A DNA stretch of 64,000 bases, from assembly GCA_964522415.1 (NCBI GenBank), contig CAZFVQ010000015.1:12601-76600 (forward strand), given 5' to 3'. The notes beneath the pieces are model-generated. The model did no database searches, was not told the DNA's origin, and worked only from the letters and a program-made list of their open reading frames with translations. This DNA is from an uncultured Rikenellaceae bacterium (GTDB taxonomy: Bacteria > Bacteroidota > Bacteroidia > Bacteroidales > VadinHA17). The number at the start of each line of letters is the position of its first letter. Within the stretch, counting starts at the first letter, position 1. Both the position numbers and the translations under genes were made by a program. Below are positions 9,244-18,396 of this stretch, piece after piece.

Positions 9244-11771
9244 AGGGATATGTAAAAATCATACTGATTGCTGCCGGGGTGATCATTATTCCGGTCCTGC
9301 TGTCGCCACTTCCCCGCTTCAGCTCTCCTCTCTCAACGGTTGTGGAGGCCGCGGACGGGACTCTGCTGGGTGCGCGGATAGCAGAAGACGGTCAGTGGAG
9401 ATTCCCCGGAGGATATGAAGTACCGGAAAGATTTGAAAAAGCATTGCTGACCTTTGAGGACAGGTATTTCTATCTGCATCCGGGAATAAACCCTGTTTCG
9501 GTCGTCAGGGCCCTGATCACCAATATAAAAGCAGGGAAGATCCTGAGCGGCGGAAGCACAATAACCATGCAGCTTGCCAGGCTCTCATCCGGAAATATCT
9601 CAAGAAGCTATTCCGCCAAGATGAGAGAAATGCTTTCTGCGCTCAAGCTGGAGCTTTTCCGGTCAAAAAAGAAAATACTCGCTATCTATGCCGCAAACGC
9701 TCCCTTCGGAGGCAATACAGTCGGACTCGATGCTGCCGCCTGGCGATACCTGGGGAAGCCGCCAGCCGGTATGTCATGGGCGGAAGCTGCTGCCCTGGCT
9801 GTGCTGCCCAACTCACCCGCCCTCGTCCATCCCGGAAGGAACCAGGATATACTCAGAACAAAGCGTGATGAACTCCTGGAGAAACTGTACAGACGAAACT
9901 GTTTCGATTCACTGACACTGATTCTTTCACTCGATGAACCCCTGCCGGGTGAGCCCAGGGCACTTCCTTCACAGGCACCGCATCTTACGGACTATTTCTT
10001 TAAGCACAACAGGGGGGAGAAGATCAGGACGACAATAGATCCGGTGCTTCAGGACAGAGCAAATTGGGTGATCCGTACTCATCAGAAGGAATTATCGGGA
10101 AACCTGATACATAATTCAGCATGCATCATCGTGAAGGTTGAAACGGGTGAAGTCATGGCCTATGTCGGCAACAGTCCCGCGGAAAGTTCCGGCCGGCACG
10201 GGAATGATGTCGACATAATAAGGTCTCCGCGAAGTACCGGCAGTATTCTGAAACCCCTTCTGTACGCAGGTATGCAGCAATCGGGAGATATTCTTCCGAA
10301 CAGTCTTGTAGCGGATATCCCCTCGCGTTTCCAGGGCTTTTCTCCAAAAAACTTCGACCTGAGCTACAGCGGAGCCGTTCCTGCTTCCCTGGCATTGTCA
10401 CAGTCCCTCAACATACCTTCCGTCAAAATGCTTCAGCAGTACAGCCCGGAAAAAATGCTTGTCCTCCTCAGGAAAACCGGATTCACCTCATTCAACAGAC
10501 CGGCTTCTCATTACGGATTGTCACTGATCCTCGGGGGCGGGGAAACTTCACTATGGGAACTTGCCGGAGTATATTCCTCATTGTCAAGAGTGCTGAACAG
10601 ATACAACAGGGAAGGGAATTACAGTGATGATGACTATCACATGCCGGTACTGACTCCTGTTCCTGCATCCATGTCAACCTCCCGGCCGGTACCATTATCA
10701 GAACCCGTACCGGCTACAATACCCGCATCCGCAACGACAAGCCGGAAAGCACCTGTTCCCACTTCCCGCCCTGCACCCGTGTCAGCCTTCCGGCCGGTAC
10801 CATTATCAGAACCCGTACCGGCATCCCGGACAGTAGCCGTACCTGCAGAGGAAAACAGGAAATCAAAACGGGAACCCTCCGCTTCTGCTCCGGCCCTGTC
10901 CGCATCTTCCATCTGGCTGACTTATGAAGCCCTGAGGAAAGTCAACAGGCCTGAGGGAGAATCCGGATGGCAGTTCTTCTCATCTTCGGGTACATTAGCC
11001 TGGAAAACCGGAACAAGCTTCGGATTCCGTGATGCCTGGGCCCTGGGCACAACACCCGGTTATGTAATCGCTGTATGGGCAGGAAATGCAGACGGTGAGG
11101 GCAGACCGGGACTGACGGGCATTGGTTCCGCTGCTCCAATATTATTTGATCTCGCCGGAATAATGGGGAGCAAGGAATGGTTTTCAGAACCGTCGGATGA
11201 AATGACACTGATCCGGGTCTGTTCCCAAAGCGGATTCAGGGCCGGTCCCGACTGTCCCGAAACCATGGAGAAAATGGCCTGCGTGAACGGTTTGCGCAGC
11301 GAAGCCTGTCCGTACCACAGGATAATCCACCTGGATGAAAGCGGGACTATGCAGGTAAATTCGGATTGTGCGCCGGCCAGCAGTATCAGGAATGAATCCT
11401 GGTTCATCCTTCCTCCTGCAATGGAATATTTCTACCGCCGCACACATCCCGGATACAAAACGCTTCCGCCCTTTGCCCCGGGCTGTCTGCCCGGCAGGGA
11501 CATTCCCGCAATGGAGTTCATATATCCCACACCGGGAATAAAAATATTCATCCCCAGGGACCAGACAGGTGAAATGACCAGGATAATCTCGGAAGTCGCC
11601 CACAGGAATCCTTCAAAAAAGATCTTCTGGCATCTCGATGACAAGTTCCAGATCACAACAAGATCCATTCACCAGGTTGAGATCCTTGCCGGAGCAGGTA
11701 ACCATTCCCTGACAGCCGTGGATGAAGACGGTAATACCATAAATTGCTCATTCAGCATCACCGGGAGATAG
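9240..11771 (+). CDS. pbpC: Penicillin-binding protein 1C (bifunctional glycosyltransferase/transpeptidase)
   Basis: GT51 motifs: EDRYFYLHPGINP and GGSTITMQLA. Transpeptidase motifs: SILK (SxxK), SLN and KTGTS. The start is uncertain: a TTG at 9240 overlaps the A2M stop (TTGA), and the track ATG at 9162 lies 82 nt inside the A2M gene. Confidence 0.85.
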   Translation: MKGYVKIILIAAGVIIIPVLLSPLPRFSSPLSTVVEAADGTLLGARIAEDGQWRFPGGYEVPERFEKALLTFEDRYFYLHPGINPVSVVRALITNIKAGKILSGGSTITMQLARLSSGNISRSYSAKMREMLSALKLELFRSKKKILAIYAANAPFGGNTVGLDAAAWRYLGKPPAGMSWAEAAALAVLPNSPALVHPGRNQDILRTKRDELLEKLYRRNCFDSLTLILSLDEPLPGEPRALPSQAPHLTDYFFKHNRGEKIRTTIDPVLQDRANWVIRTHQKELSGNLIHNSACIIVKVETGEVMAYVGNSPAESSGRHGNDVDIIRSPRSTGSILKPLLYAGMQQSGDILPNSLVADIPSRFQGFSPKNFDLSYSGAVPASLALSQSLNIPSVKMLQQYSPEKMLVLLRKTGFTSFNRPASHYGLSLILGGGETSLWELAGVYSSLSRVLNRYNREGNYSDDDYHMPVLTPVPASMSTSRPVPLSEPVPATIPASATTSRKAPVPTSRPAPVSAFRPVPLSEPVPASRTVAVPAEENRKSKREPSASAPALSASSIWLTYEALRKVNRPEGESGWQFFSSSGTLAWKTGTSFGFRDAWALGTTPGYVIAVWAGNADGEGRPGLTGIGSAAPILFDLAGIMGSKEWFSEPSDEMTLIRVCSQSGFRAGPDCPETMEKMACVNGLRSEACPYHRIIHLDESGTMQVNSDCAPASSIRNESWFILPPAMEYFYRRTHPGYKTLPPFAPGCLPGRDIPAMEFIYPTPGIKIFIPRDQTGEMTRIISEVAHRNPSKKIFWHLDDKFQITTRSIHQVEILAGAGNHSLTAVDEDGNTINCSFSITGR

Positions 11772-11970
11772 AGAATACTGCCGGCCGGAATAAAAAATTC
11801 CTTTCCGGATCACCGGTAAGGGGAAAAAATTATCTTTATATCCTGAAACTGAAATGAAAATCTCAGAGGCATCCTTTGGTTACGGCATGAAACAGTTTCA
11901 GTCTATAAGCAGCTTAATCAACTGCCCGGCTAAGTGTTACAGGTTCAATTGAAATTTAAAAATCAGAATA

Positions 11971-12213
11971 ATGGCAAAAACAGAACGGATTCTTGTTTTC
12001 AACAATGAAATAGAAGCAAGGCTTCTTGGTGAAATTCTTCTTTCAAAGGGGATTCCTCATATCATTAGATCGTTTCATGATTCAGCCTATGATGGTCTGT
12101 TTCAGTTACAGTCCGGATGGGGTGTTCTGGAAAGTCCGGAAAACTTCAAGGATGAAATCATGAAGATCTACAATGAAATGACTTCCCCGGAAAACCGCAT
12201 TGATCCGGTTTGA
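11971..12213 (+). CDS. Small hypothetical protein (80 aa), DUF2007-like pattern
   Basis: Isolated ORF in a 700-bp gap. The weak resemblance (ILVFNNEIEARLLGEILLSKGIPH) is to small signal-transducing DUF2007 proteins. Confidence 0.45.
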   Translation: MAKTERILVFNNEIEARLLGEILLSKGIPHIIRSFHDSAYDGLFQLQSGWGVLESPENFKDEIMKIYNEMTSPENRIDPV

Positions 12214-12495
12214 ATTTCTTATCTGCATTCCTCAAAGTCCGGGACCCGTTCCGGTTTTTTATTCTCTTTCAGGGCTCCCGGGGGGAAAATTATTAATCAG
12301 CAGGAAGCAGAAGCTTCTTCGGAAATTCATCTGATCCCGGTTCCATAAAATTGAGAAACTATCAAAATAAAAATTTTCTATACCTTTGAATCACAGATGT
12401 TCTGAACGATTTCTCAAATTTTTTCTTGATTTCTTCGAATAATTTTTTCACCTTCGTGTATTAACCGGGCTGCAGCAAGGCAAATAAACTATCGT

Positions 12496-13389
12496 ATGGA
12501 AATACAGGGAGAAAAGAAATCTCTTTTTATATTGAACCCTTATGCGGGTATAATCCCTGTCAAAATAATAATATCCGAAGAACTTAAAAGAAGGAAGAAT
12601 CAATTATCATATTTCAAGTCATTGAGCATTGATGATTCAGGGTCAAGAATAAAGCAATCATTTCACAAGTACGACATATTTGTTGCAGCCGGGGGTGACG
12701 GAACAGTGAGGAGTGTGGCATCGGAACTTATCGGAACAGATAAGATCCTCGGAGTGCTTCCGATGGGTTCCGGAAACGGTTTTGCCAAGGAACTGGGATT
12801 CAGGACAAATATCCGCTCTCTTCTGAAGGATATAAAGAAAGCCGAAAAGCTTCAGATCGATATAATAAAGATAAACGACATGAATTGCCTGAACGTTGCA
12901 GGTATCGGACTTGACAGCTTTGTGGCACATTCCTTCGACAGACTCAAAACACGGGGATTCTGGTCCTATGCCTGGGTGACCATAATTAATTTCGTCAGGC
13001 TGAAGCCCGTTCATATAGAAATCATTCCGGAGGACGGAGAAAAAATTACTGAAGATCTGTTTGTTTTAACCATCGCCAATACCAGGCAGTTCGGCAATAA
13101 TGCATTTATAGCCCCCGATGCCAGACCGGATGACGGTATCATTGATCTGGTAATGATACGGCCTTTCCCGAAGTTTATGTTCCCGGTATTCATTTACAGG
13201 CTTTTCAGGGGAACCCTGAAAGAATCGAAATATGTAAAATACCTGAAAACAGACAGGCCTCTGACCATCAGAACCAGTGAAACAAAATTTCATGTCGACG
13301 GCGAGCCGGTCGAAATTCCCGGAGATGTGACAGTAAAGGTCATCAGCAATGCCCTGTCAGTACTTAAAACCAGAAATAATAAACTATGA
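12496..13389 (+). CDS. Diacylglycerol/lipid kinase family protein (YegS/BmrU type)
   Basis: Motifs VAAGGDGTVRSVASEL and LPMGSGNGFAKELG. Confidence 0.85.
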   Translation: MEIQGEKKSLFILNPYAGIIPVKIIISEELKRRKNQLSYFKSLSIDDSGSRIKQSFHKYDIFVAAGGDGTVRSVASELIGTDKILGVLPMGSGNGFAKELGFRTNIRSLLKDIKKAEKLQIDIIKINDMNCLNVAGIGLDSFVAHSFDRLKTRGFWSYAWVTIINFVRLKPVHIEIIPEDGEKITEDLFVLTIANTRQFGNNAFIAPDARPDDGIIDLVMIRPFPKFMFPVFIYRLFRGTLKESKYVKYLKTDRPLTIRTSETKFHVDGEPVEIPGDVTVKVISNALSVLKTRNNKL

Positions 13390-13562
13390 ACCTGAACAGC
13401 AGGTTCCCAGCAGGGGACCCGGTACCGGTCCGGATCATCCTCAGTACAAATCCCGGGAAGGAGAAAGCCGGGACAAAAAGCAGGACAGGCCACCGATAAA
13501 CCGGAGCAGGTTCCCGATAAACCGGACAGGTAATCTGACCATTAAATTTAAATTATAAAGAG

Positions 13563-14555
13563 ATGAAACGCAGAGATTTTGTGGAAAAAACTATGATCGC
13601 CGGGGGAATGATGGCTCCCGTTGCAGGTTTATCAACTCACGGCATGCAGGACAAGCCTGTTACGCCCGAAGGGGAGATAGTCATTGAGAAAGCTGTTGCC
13701 GGCAGGCCTCATGAAGGAAAAGTGCTTGCGGCAATACAGCCGCATTGTGATGATATAGCCTATTATGCCGCAGGCACCGTTGCCAAGCTCATTCATGAGG
13801 GCTATACCGCATACCTGATCAGGACGACCAATGATGATGCCGCGGGAAGTGGCAATTCATACGGGGAAAGAGCGCTGAACAATGAAATATCCAATGAAGC
13901 ATTTGCCAGGGTAATGGGATTCAAAAAGGTCTATGACCTCGGTTACCGCAATCACCGGATGGATGAATACAACATTCAGGAAATAAAGGGAAGACTCATA
14001 TTCCTGTTCAGGATGCTGAAAGTTGATACTGTCATCAGCTTTGATCCCTGGGATCATTACGAAGAGAATCCCGACCATTATGTTACTGCCCGTGCAGTTG
14101 AAACTGCCCGCTGGATGGCAGGAATGAACACCGATTATCCCGAACAGGTTGAAGCAGTCGGACAACATACAGTGATCGAACGGTATTATTATGCAAGAGG
14201 TCCGCAGGTATTCAACAGGATTGTGGACATATCGGACTTTATCGAAAAGAAAATCGAAGCAAACATGGCTGTTGTTTCACAGGGAAGCGGCGGTCATTCC
14301 GGTTCAAACCTCAGGAAAAGTCTGGCAAAGGAAGGAAAGAAGCTTCCTCTTCTTGGCAATGACGACCACAGTGCTGATTATAACTATATAAAGAATCTCA
14401 TGCTGGATAAGTATTCGGAGCAGATGAGAGGTATTCCTTCCGACAGGGAAGTGGGGAAAAAATATGGTCTGGAATGGGCCGAGCGCTTCAAATATTTCGG
14501 CCCGTCAAAACGGAGGCTGAATGACTATATCCGTGACAATACGGTTAAATTATAA
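13563..14555 (+). CDS. PIG-L/LmbE-family deacetylase with a Tat-type signal
   Basis: Twin-arginine leader MKRRDFVEKTMIAGG. PIG-L motif AIQPHCDDIAYYAAGT. Confidence 0.8.
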   Translation: MKRRDFVEKTMIAGGMMAPVAGLSTHGMQDKPVTPEGEIVIEKAVAGRPHEGKVLAAIQPHCDDIAYYAAGTVAKLIHEGYTAYLIRTTNDDAAGSGNSYGERALNNEISNEAFARVMGFKKVYDLGYRNHRMDEYNIQEIKGRLIFLFRMLKVDTVISFDPWDHYEENPDHYVTARAVETARWMAGMNTDYPEQVEAVGQHTVIERYYYARGPQVFNRIVDISDFIEKKIEANMAVVSQGSGGHSGSNLRKSLAKEGKKLPLLGNDDHSADYNYIKNLMLDKYSEQMRGIPSDREVGKKYGLEWAERFKYFGPSKRRLNDYIRDNTVKL

Positions 14556-14607
14556 GCCGCCCGCTTCCATAATGGGAGGTTTTTCAAAAATCTTTCGGAC
14601 ACTGGTG

Positions 14608-14693
14608 ATCTGCGTATTATAATACCTGGTTAACAGTTATTATAATACGCAGATATTATGTCATTCCGGCTGTAAATCCCGGATCCGGGATTT
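14608..14693. terminator. Two hairpins between convergent genes, probably a bidirectional terminator
   Basis: A 17-bp stem, ATCTGCGTATTATAATA...TATTATAATACGCAGAT, spans 14608-14653. A perfect 20-nt palindrome, AAATCCCGGATCCGGGATTT, spans 14674-14693. Confidence 0.5.
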
Positions 14694-14705
14694 AAAACAA
14701 AGTCT

Positions 14706-16724
14706 TTATTTCAGGTAAAAAGTCAGGGGCACAACCATTTGCACATCTACGGTTTTGCCGGCCTGTTTTCCGGGTTTCCAGTCGGGCATACTCCCCACAA
14801 GCCTGACAGCCTCAGCATCCAGTGAGGGATAAACAGCCTTGAGGACTTTCGCATTTTTAACCCTGCCCTCCCTGTCAACAACAAAAACAACATTTACCAG
14901 ACCGCTTATTCCGGCTTTAACAGCGTCATCAGGATACTTCATTCTTTGCAGCAGCCAGCGTCTCATGGCATCTGCACCTCCGCCGGGGAACTCAGGAAGC
15001 TCCTCAACGATAGTGAATGGTTCTTTCTGCTTTTCCTGACCGGAAGCATATCCGCCGGCACTGACTTCAGGTTTATCGCCTGATGAAATATTACCGGTTT
15101 TTGTGGTTATAATAATCACTCCGCCCTTTGCCTCCTCCCCATAAAGTCTGGTCGCTCTTTCACCTTTCAATACGGTTATGGATTGAATAAGATCAGGATT
15201 TATTGAATTTACAGTGATATCTGTTTTGACGTCGTCAAGTATTATAAGAGGGTTTCCGACTGGTTCGGCAGAGCTGCTTCGTATTTCTATGCCTTTGGCT
15301 TCCGGAGGCGATATGGCTGCATCACCGCCCTGCCTAACTGCCGGGGACAGATTTGAAGCTGTACTTTTCCCGGATGACGGCGGGGGTGGTGGCGGCGGTG
15401 TAGGAAAACCGACTCCGGAACTCAAAACCTTAATGGTATCCTTTTCCATTGATATCATCATTTCAGAACCAAAGACAGGCTTCAGTACCTTCGATTTGAA
15501 TCCCACATAGCTTACAGCAAGCATGGCGTCATCCGGAACACTGCCAAGCTGAAAGAATCCCTTACTATCCGAAATTGTTCCGGTTGTTGTTCCTCTTATC
15601 ACTATTACAGCACCTTCCAGAGGTCCTCCGCCCTTCTGAACAATTGTTCCCTTTACTGCACCGGCCGCAATATCTGCAGCGGGAATTATCTTTTCTGCCT
15701 CAATCCCGGTTTCCTTTCCGCTTTCCCCTGCCAACACGCTGACTTCTCCGGGAAGAGCATCGGCCGTTCCTTTATCCGCAGCTTTGATTCCTTCGGATAA
15801 GACAGCTGTAAGCGGATCATTAATGCCCGTATTTTCATTAACATCAATATACCTGTATTCCGGTTTTGAGAATGAATACAGGATAATTGCAAAAACAGGA
15901 AGAATTAAAAGTATTTTGAACTTCCTGAATGGTGAGGTTTCTATTTTTTTCATCATGTGAAATCGTTTTTTGTTACGTGAATAATTAAATGAATTTGTAA
16001 GACTGATAACCTTTGAGCTAAACAGCTGATTAATCATAGCTGCTCTATAGACTGCCGGATTTACAGAAGTCTGGAGAGCCTGTCTGTCAGCAAGATACTC
16101 ATGGTTCTGTCTTATAAGACCGGAATAAATCCAGATAAACGGATTCATCCACTGCACTATACGCAGTAATTCACATAGTAAGAGGTCAAGCCAGTGATTC
16201 TGGTTAACATGAACGAGCTCATGATTCATGATCTCCCCGGCTTCATCTTCTTCAACAGCAGGATCGATGAAAATATAGTTGAAAAATGAAAATGAAGAGG
16301 GAAATCCCGAAACCCTGACAAGCTTTACGGATCCACTGTAACTTACACCTGTTTTGCGGATTGCATTCACAAGCAGGAGAAGATGATATATTATCCTGTA
16401 TACGAGAAATATTACACCGGAAAGATATAATATGATCATTACTGTTGACAGAATAGAAGTAGCTGAAGCAAATTCTTTTACCTCTGCTATTGCATCTTCC
16501 GTAAGCGGTAATACTGATTCCGTTCCGTTAAGTGAACCTGCCGGAACTTCTACCTGATAGTGAATGGTAATAAGCGGGAAAATAAATGAAACTATGATCC
16601 CGGAAAGAAGGTATAAGCGGTTCAGTGAAAAAAATCTTTCATTCTGCAGAAATAAAAGATAAACAGCCGCAAATCCTGTCAGCCATAATGCCGACTTTAC
16701 TATGTATAATGTAAATGTTTCCAT
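14706..16724 (-). CDS. BlaR1-like M56 peptidase sensor fused to CarboxypepD_reg-like, plug-like and TonB C-terminal domains
   Basis: N-terminal TM segments and the HEXXH site NHELVHVNQNHW. A PPPPPPP linker. The segment ITVLKGERATRLYGEEAKGGVIIITTK. The C-terminal TonB domain reads EELPEFPGG...GLVNVVFVVDREGRV. Confidence 0.85.
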   Translation of the reverse strand: METFTLYIVKSALWLTGFAAVYLLFLQNERFFSLNRLYLLSGIIVSFIFPLITIHYQVEVPAGSLNGTESVLPLTEDAIAEVKEFASATSILSTVMIILYLSGVIFLVYRIIYHLLLLVNAIRKTGVSYSGSVKLVRVSGFPSSFSFFNYIFIDPAVEEDEAGEIMNHELVHVNQNHWLDLLLCELLRIVQWMNPFIWIYSGLIRQNHEYLADRQALQTSVNPAVYRAAMINQLFSSKVISLTNSFNYSRNKKRFHMMKKIETSPFRKFKILLILPVFAIILYSFSKPEYRYIDVNENTGINDPLTAVLSEGIKAADKGTADALPGEVSVLAGESGKETGIEAEKIIPAADIAAGAVKGTIVQKGGGPLEGAVIVIRGTTTGTISDSKGFFQLGSVPDDAMLAVSYVGFKSKVLKPVFGSEMMISMEKDTIKVLSSGVGFPTPPPPPPPSSGKSTASNLSPAVRQGGDAAISPPEAKGIEIRSSSAEPVGNPLIILDDVKTDITVNSINPDLIQSITVLKGERATRLYGEEAKGGVIIITTKTGNISSGDKPEVSAGGYASGQEKQKEPFTIVEELPEFPGGGADAMRRWLLQRMKYPDDAVKAGISGLVNVVFVVDREGRVKNAKVLKAVYPSLDAEAVRLVGSMPDWKPGKQAGKTVDVQMVVPLTFYLK

Positions 16725-17101
16725 TATTTTTTCTTGTTCTTCATCCTGAGCTCTTTTTTCATATCCTCAAGGAGTTCATCCAGCTCCCCCATCGAAAGAT
16801 CTTTTTCTTTTGCGAAGAATGATGCCATTGCAGGAAATGAGTTATCAAAATAACTCTCCAGCAGCCTGAACAGCTGACTTCCGGAATACTCACTTTTCGA
16901 AATCACAGGAAAATAAACATAAACGTTTCCATATACTTTATGGCTCACAAATCCTTTCTTTTCCAGTACCCTGACAACAGTGGAAACTGTATTCCGTGCA
17001 GGTTTGGGATCTTCGAAGCGGTCACGTATATCCCTGATCACTCCTTCACCCATATCCCACAATATCTGCATAATCTCTTCCTCGGCCCGTGTAAGTTTCA
17101 T
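16724..17101 (-). CDS. BlaI/MecI/CopY-family transcriptional repressor
   Basis: MKLTRAEEEIMQILW...TVSTVVRVLEKKGFV winged helix. Its stop overlaps the blaR1-like start (TAATG). Confidence 0.9.
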   Translation of the reverse strand: MKLTRAEEEIMQILWDMGEGVIRDIRDRFEDPKPARNTVSTVVRVLEKKGFVSHKVYGNVYVYFPVISKSEYSGSQLFRLLESYFDNSFPAMASFFAKEKDLSMGELDELLEDMKKELRMKNKKK

Positions 17102-17175
17102 ATTATATAAAGGTATGATATGTTATTAATTCATTGCATTTCTACTGCGTTGAAGCATTACTGCATTGCAAATAT

Positions 17176-17235
17176 ATGACTAGTTTTATAGTCATGCAAA
17201 TATTTTTGACTAAAAATGACTATGTTTTTAGTCAT
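17176..17235. promoter_or_regulatory. Two 20-bp palindromes, putative BlaI-type operators
   Basis: ATGACTAGTTTTATAGTCAT at 17176-17195 and ATGACTATGTTTTTAGTCAT at 17216-17235. Both have the form ATGACTA-N6-TAGTCAT and lie 75-135 nt upstream of the blaI-like start. Confidence 0.5.
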
Positions 17236-17277
17236 TTTTGTAATTGCCTGATCTAAAAATTCTTGCCATCCTGGTTT

Positions 17278-17456
17278 TTGGATTAACCCTGAAGTATAAA
17301 AAATCCCTGACGATGAATTTTCCGGATTAATCCCGATTTTGGAAAAGATTCCTGCTGACGTGTTCCCCGGATTAACCCCGATTTTGGAAAAGATTCCTGC
17401 TGACGTGTTCCCCGGATTAACCCCGATTTTGGAAAAGATTCCTGACAACGAATTTC
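17278..17456. repeat. 45-bp tandem repeat, about 4 copies (two perfect, the outer ones degenerate)
   Basis: The unit CCGGATTAACCCCGATTTTGGAAAAGATTCCTGCTGACGTGTTCC occurs at 17322, 17367 and 17412, with a degenerate copy before 17322. Confidence 0.9.
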
Positions 17457-17541
17457 CAGAACTTCAGCAATTAGTTTATTTATTTTCGACGAATCAATAA
17501 TTTTACCTAATTTGCAGATCAGAATCTAAAACTTATAAACC

Positions 17542-18279
17542 ATGAAGAAACACAGTATTTACCTTTTTCCATTGACGCTTATTTTTTTCATCACACTTGC
17601 ATCATGTGCAGAGAGCACCAATAAACTCACCAGTCAGGAAAAGAAAGACGGCTGGACACTACTCTTCAACGGCAAGGATTTTACCGGTTGGCGGCAGTAT
17701 GGCGGAAGCGAAATGCCTGCTAACTGGATGATCGAGGACAATGCCATGAAAGTGTTTTTAGGTGAAGGCAGAAAAGACGGGCAGGGTGCAGGCGGTGACA
17801 TAATCTATTCATCAAGGGAATTCAGGAATTTCGAACTCTCAATCGACTGGAAAACAGCTCCGGAGGGTAATTCAGGCATTTTCTACAATGTGAAGGAAAT
17901 TCCCGGATCGGCAATTTACTCTGCATCACCCGAGATACAGATACTGGACAATGAAAATGCAAGCGACAACAAGATTGACAGTCACCTGGCAGGATCACTC
18001 TATGACATGCTGCCTGCCATACCACAAAACGCCAGACCCGCGGGCGAATGGAATACCATTGTCATTCGTGTTAAGGACGGCAGGGTTACACATAGCCAGA
18101 ACGGAGAGAAAGTGGTTGAATACGAACTCTGGACTCCCGAATGGGACGAAATGGTCGAAAACAGCAAATTCAGAGATTTCCCCGGATTCACTGCCGGAAT
18201 TCCACGGGAAGGCTATATCGGGCTTCAGGACCATGGTTACACCATATGGTTCAGAAACATCAAGATCAGGGAACTGTAA
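17542..18279 (+). CDS. DUF1080 (3-keto-disaccharide hydrolase-like) lipoprotein
   Basis: Lipobox LASC. Motifs DGWTLLFNGKDFTGW and the C-terminal GYIGLQDHGYTIWFRNIKIREL are typical of DUF1080. Confidence 0.85.
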   Translation: MKKHSIYLFPLTLIFFITLASCAESTNKLTSQEKKDGWTLLFNGKDFTGWRQYGGSEMPANWMIEDNAMKVFLGEGRKDGQGAGGDIIYSSREFRNFELSIDWKTAPEGNSGIFYNVKEIPGSAIYSASPEIQILDNENASDNKIDSHLAGSLYDMLPAIPQNARPAGEWNTIVIRVKDGRVTHSQNGEKVVEYELWTPEWDEMVENSKFRDFPGFTAGIPREGYIGLQDHGYTIWFRNIKIREL

Positions 18280-18396
18280 ACGGTTTTTAAAGCGGGGATG
18301 ATATTACTCATAGGAACCCGTCTGACTGAGCCCGGATAAAATAATATTCCAAATATTATCCCGTTTAACGGGACACATCAAAAACCTAATAAACAT

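Noticed and set aside
13390-13560. Weak short repeats (CGATAAACCGGA twice, AGCAGGTTCCC twice) and the 69-aa ORF 13349-13558.
   Set aside because: Only two short imperfect copies are present. The ORF is Pro/Arg-rich intergenic read-through with no support, so this is too weak to call.
17158-17448. 96-aa ORF encoding GIFSKIGVNPGNTSA repeats.
   Set aside because: It is generated entirely by the 45-bp tandem repeat and runs through the palindromic operator region. It has no credible start context. The other four minisatellites in the window have unit lengths that are not multiples of three, which argues that these arrays are non-coding DNA.
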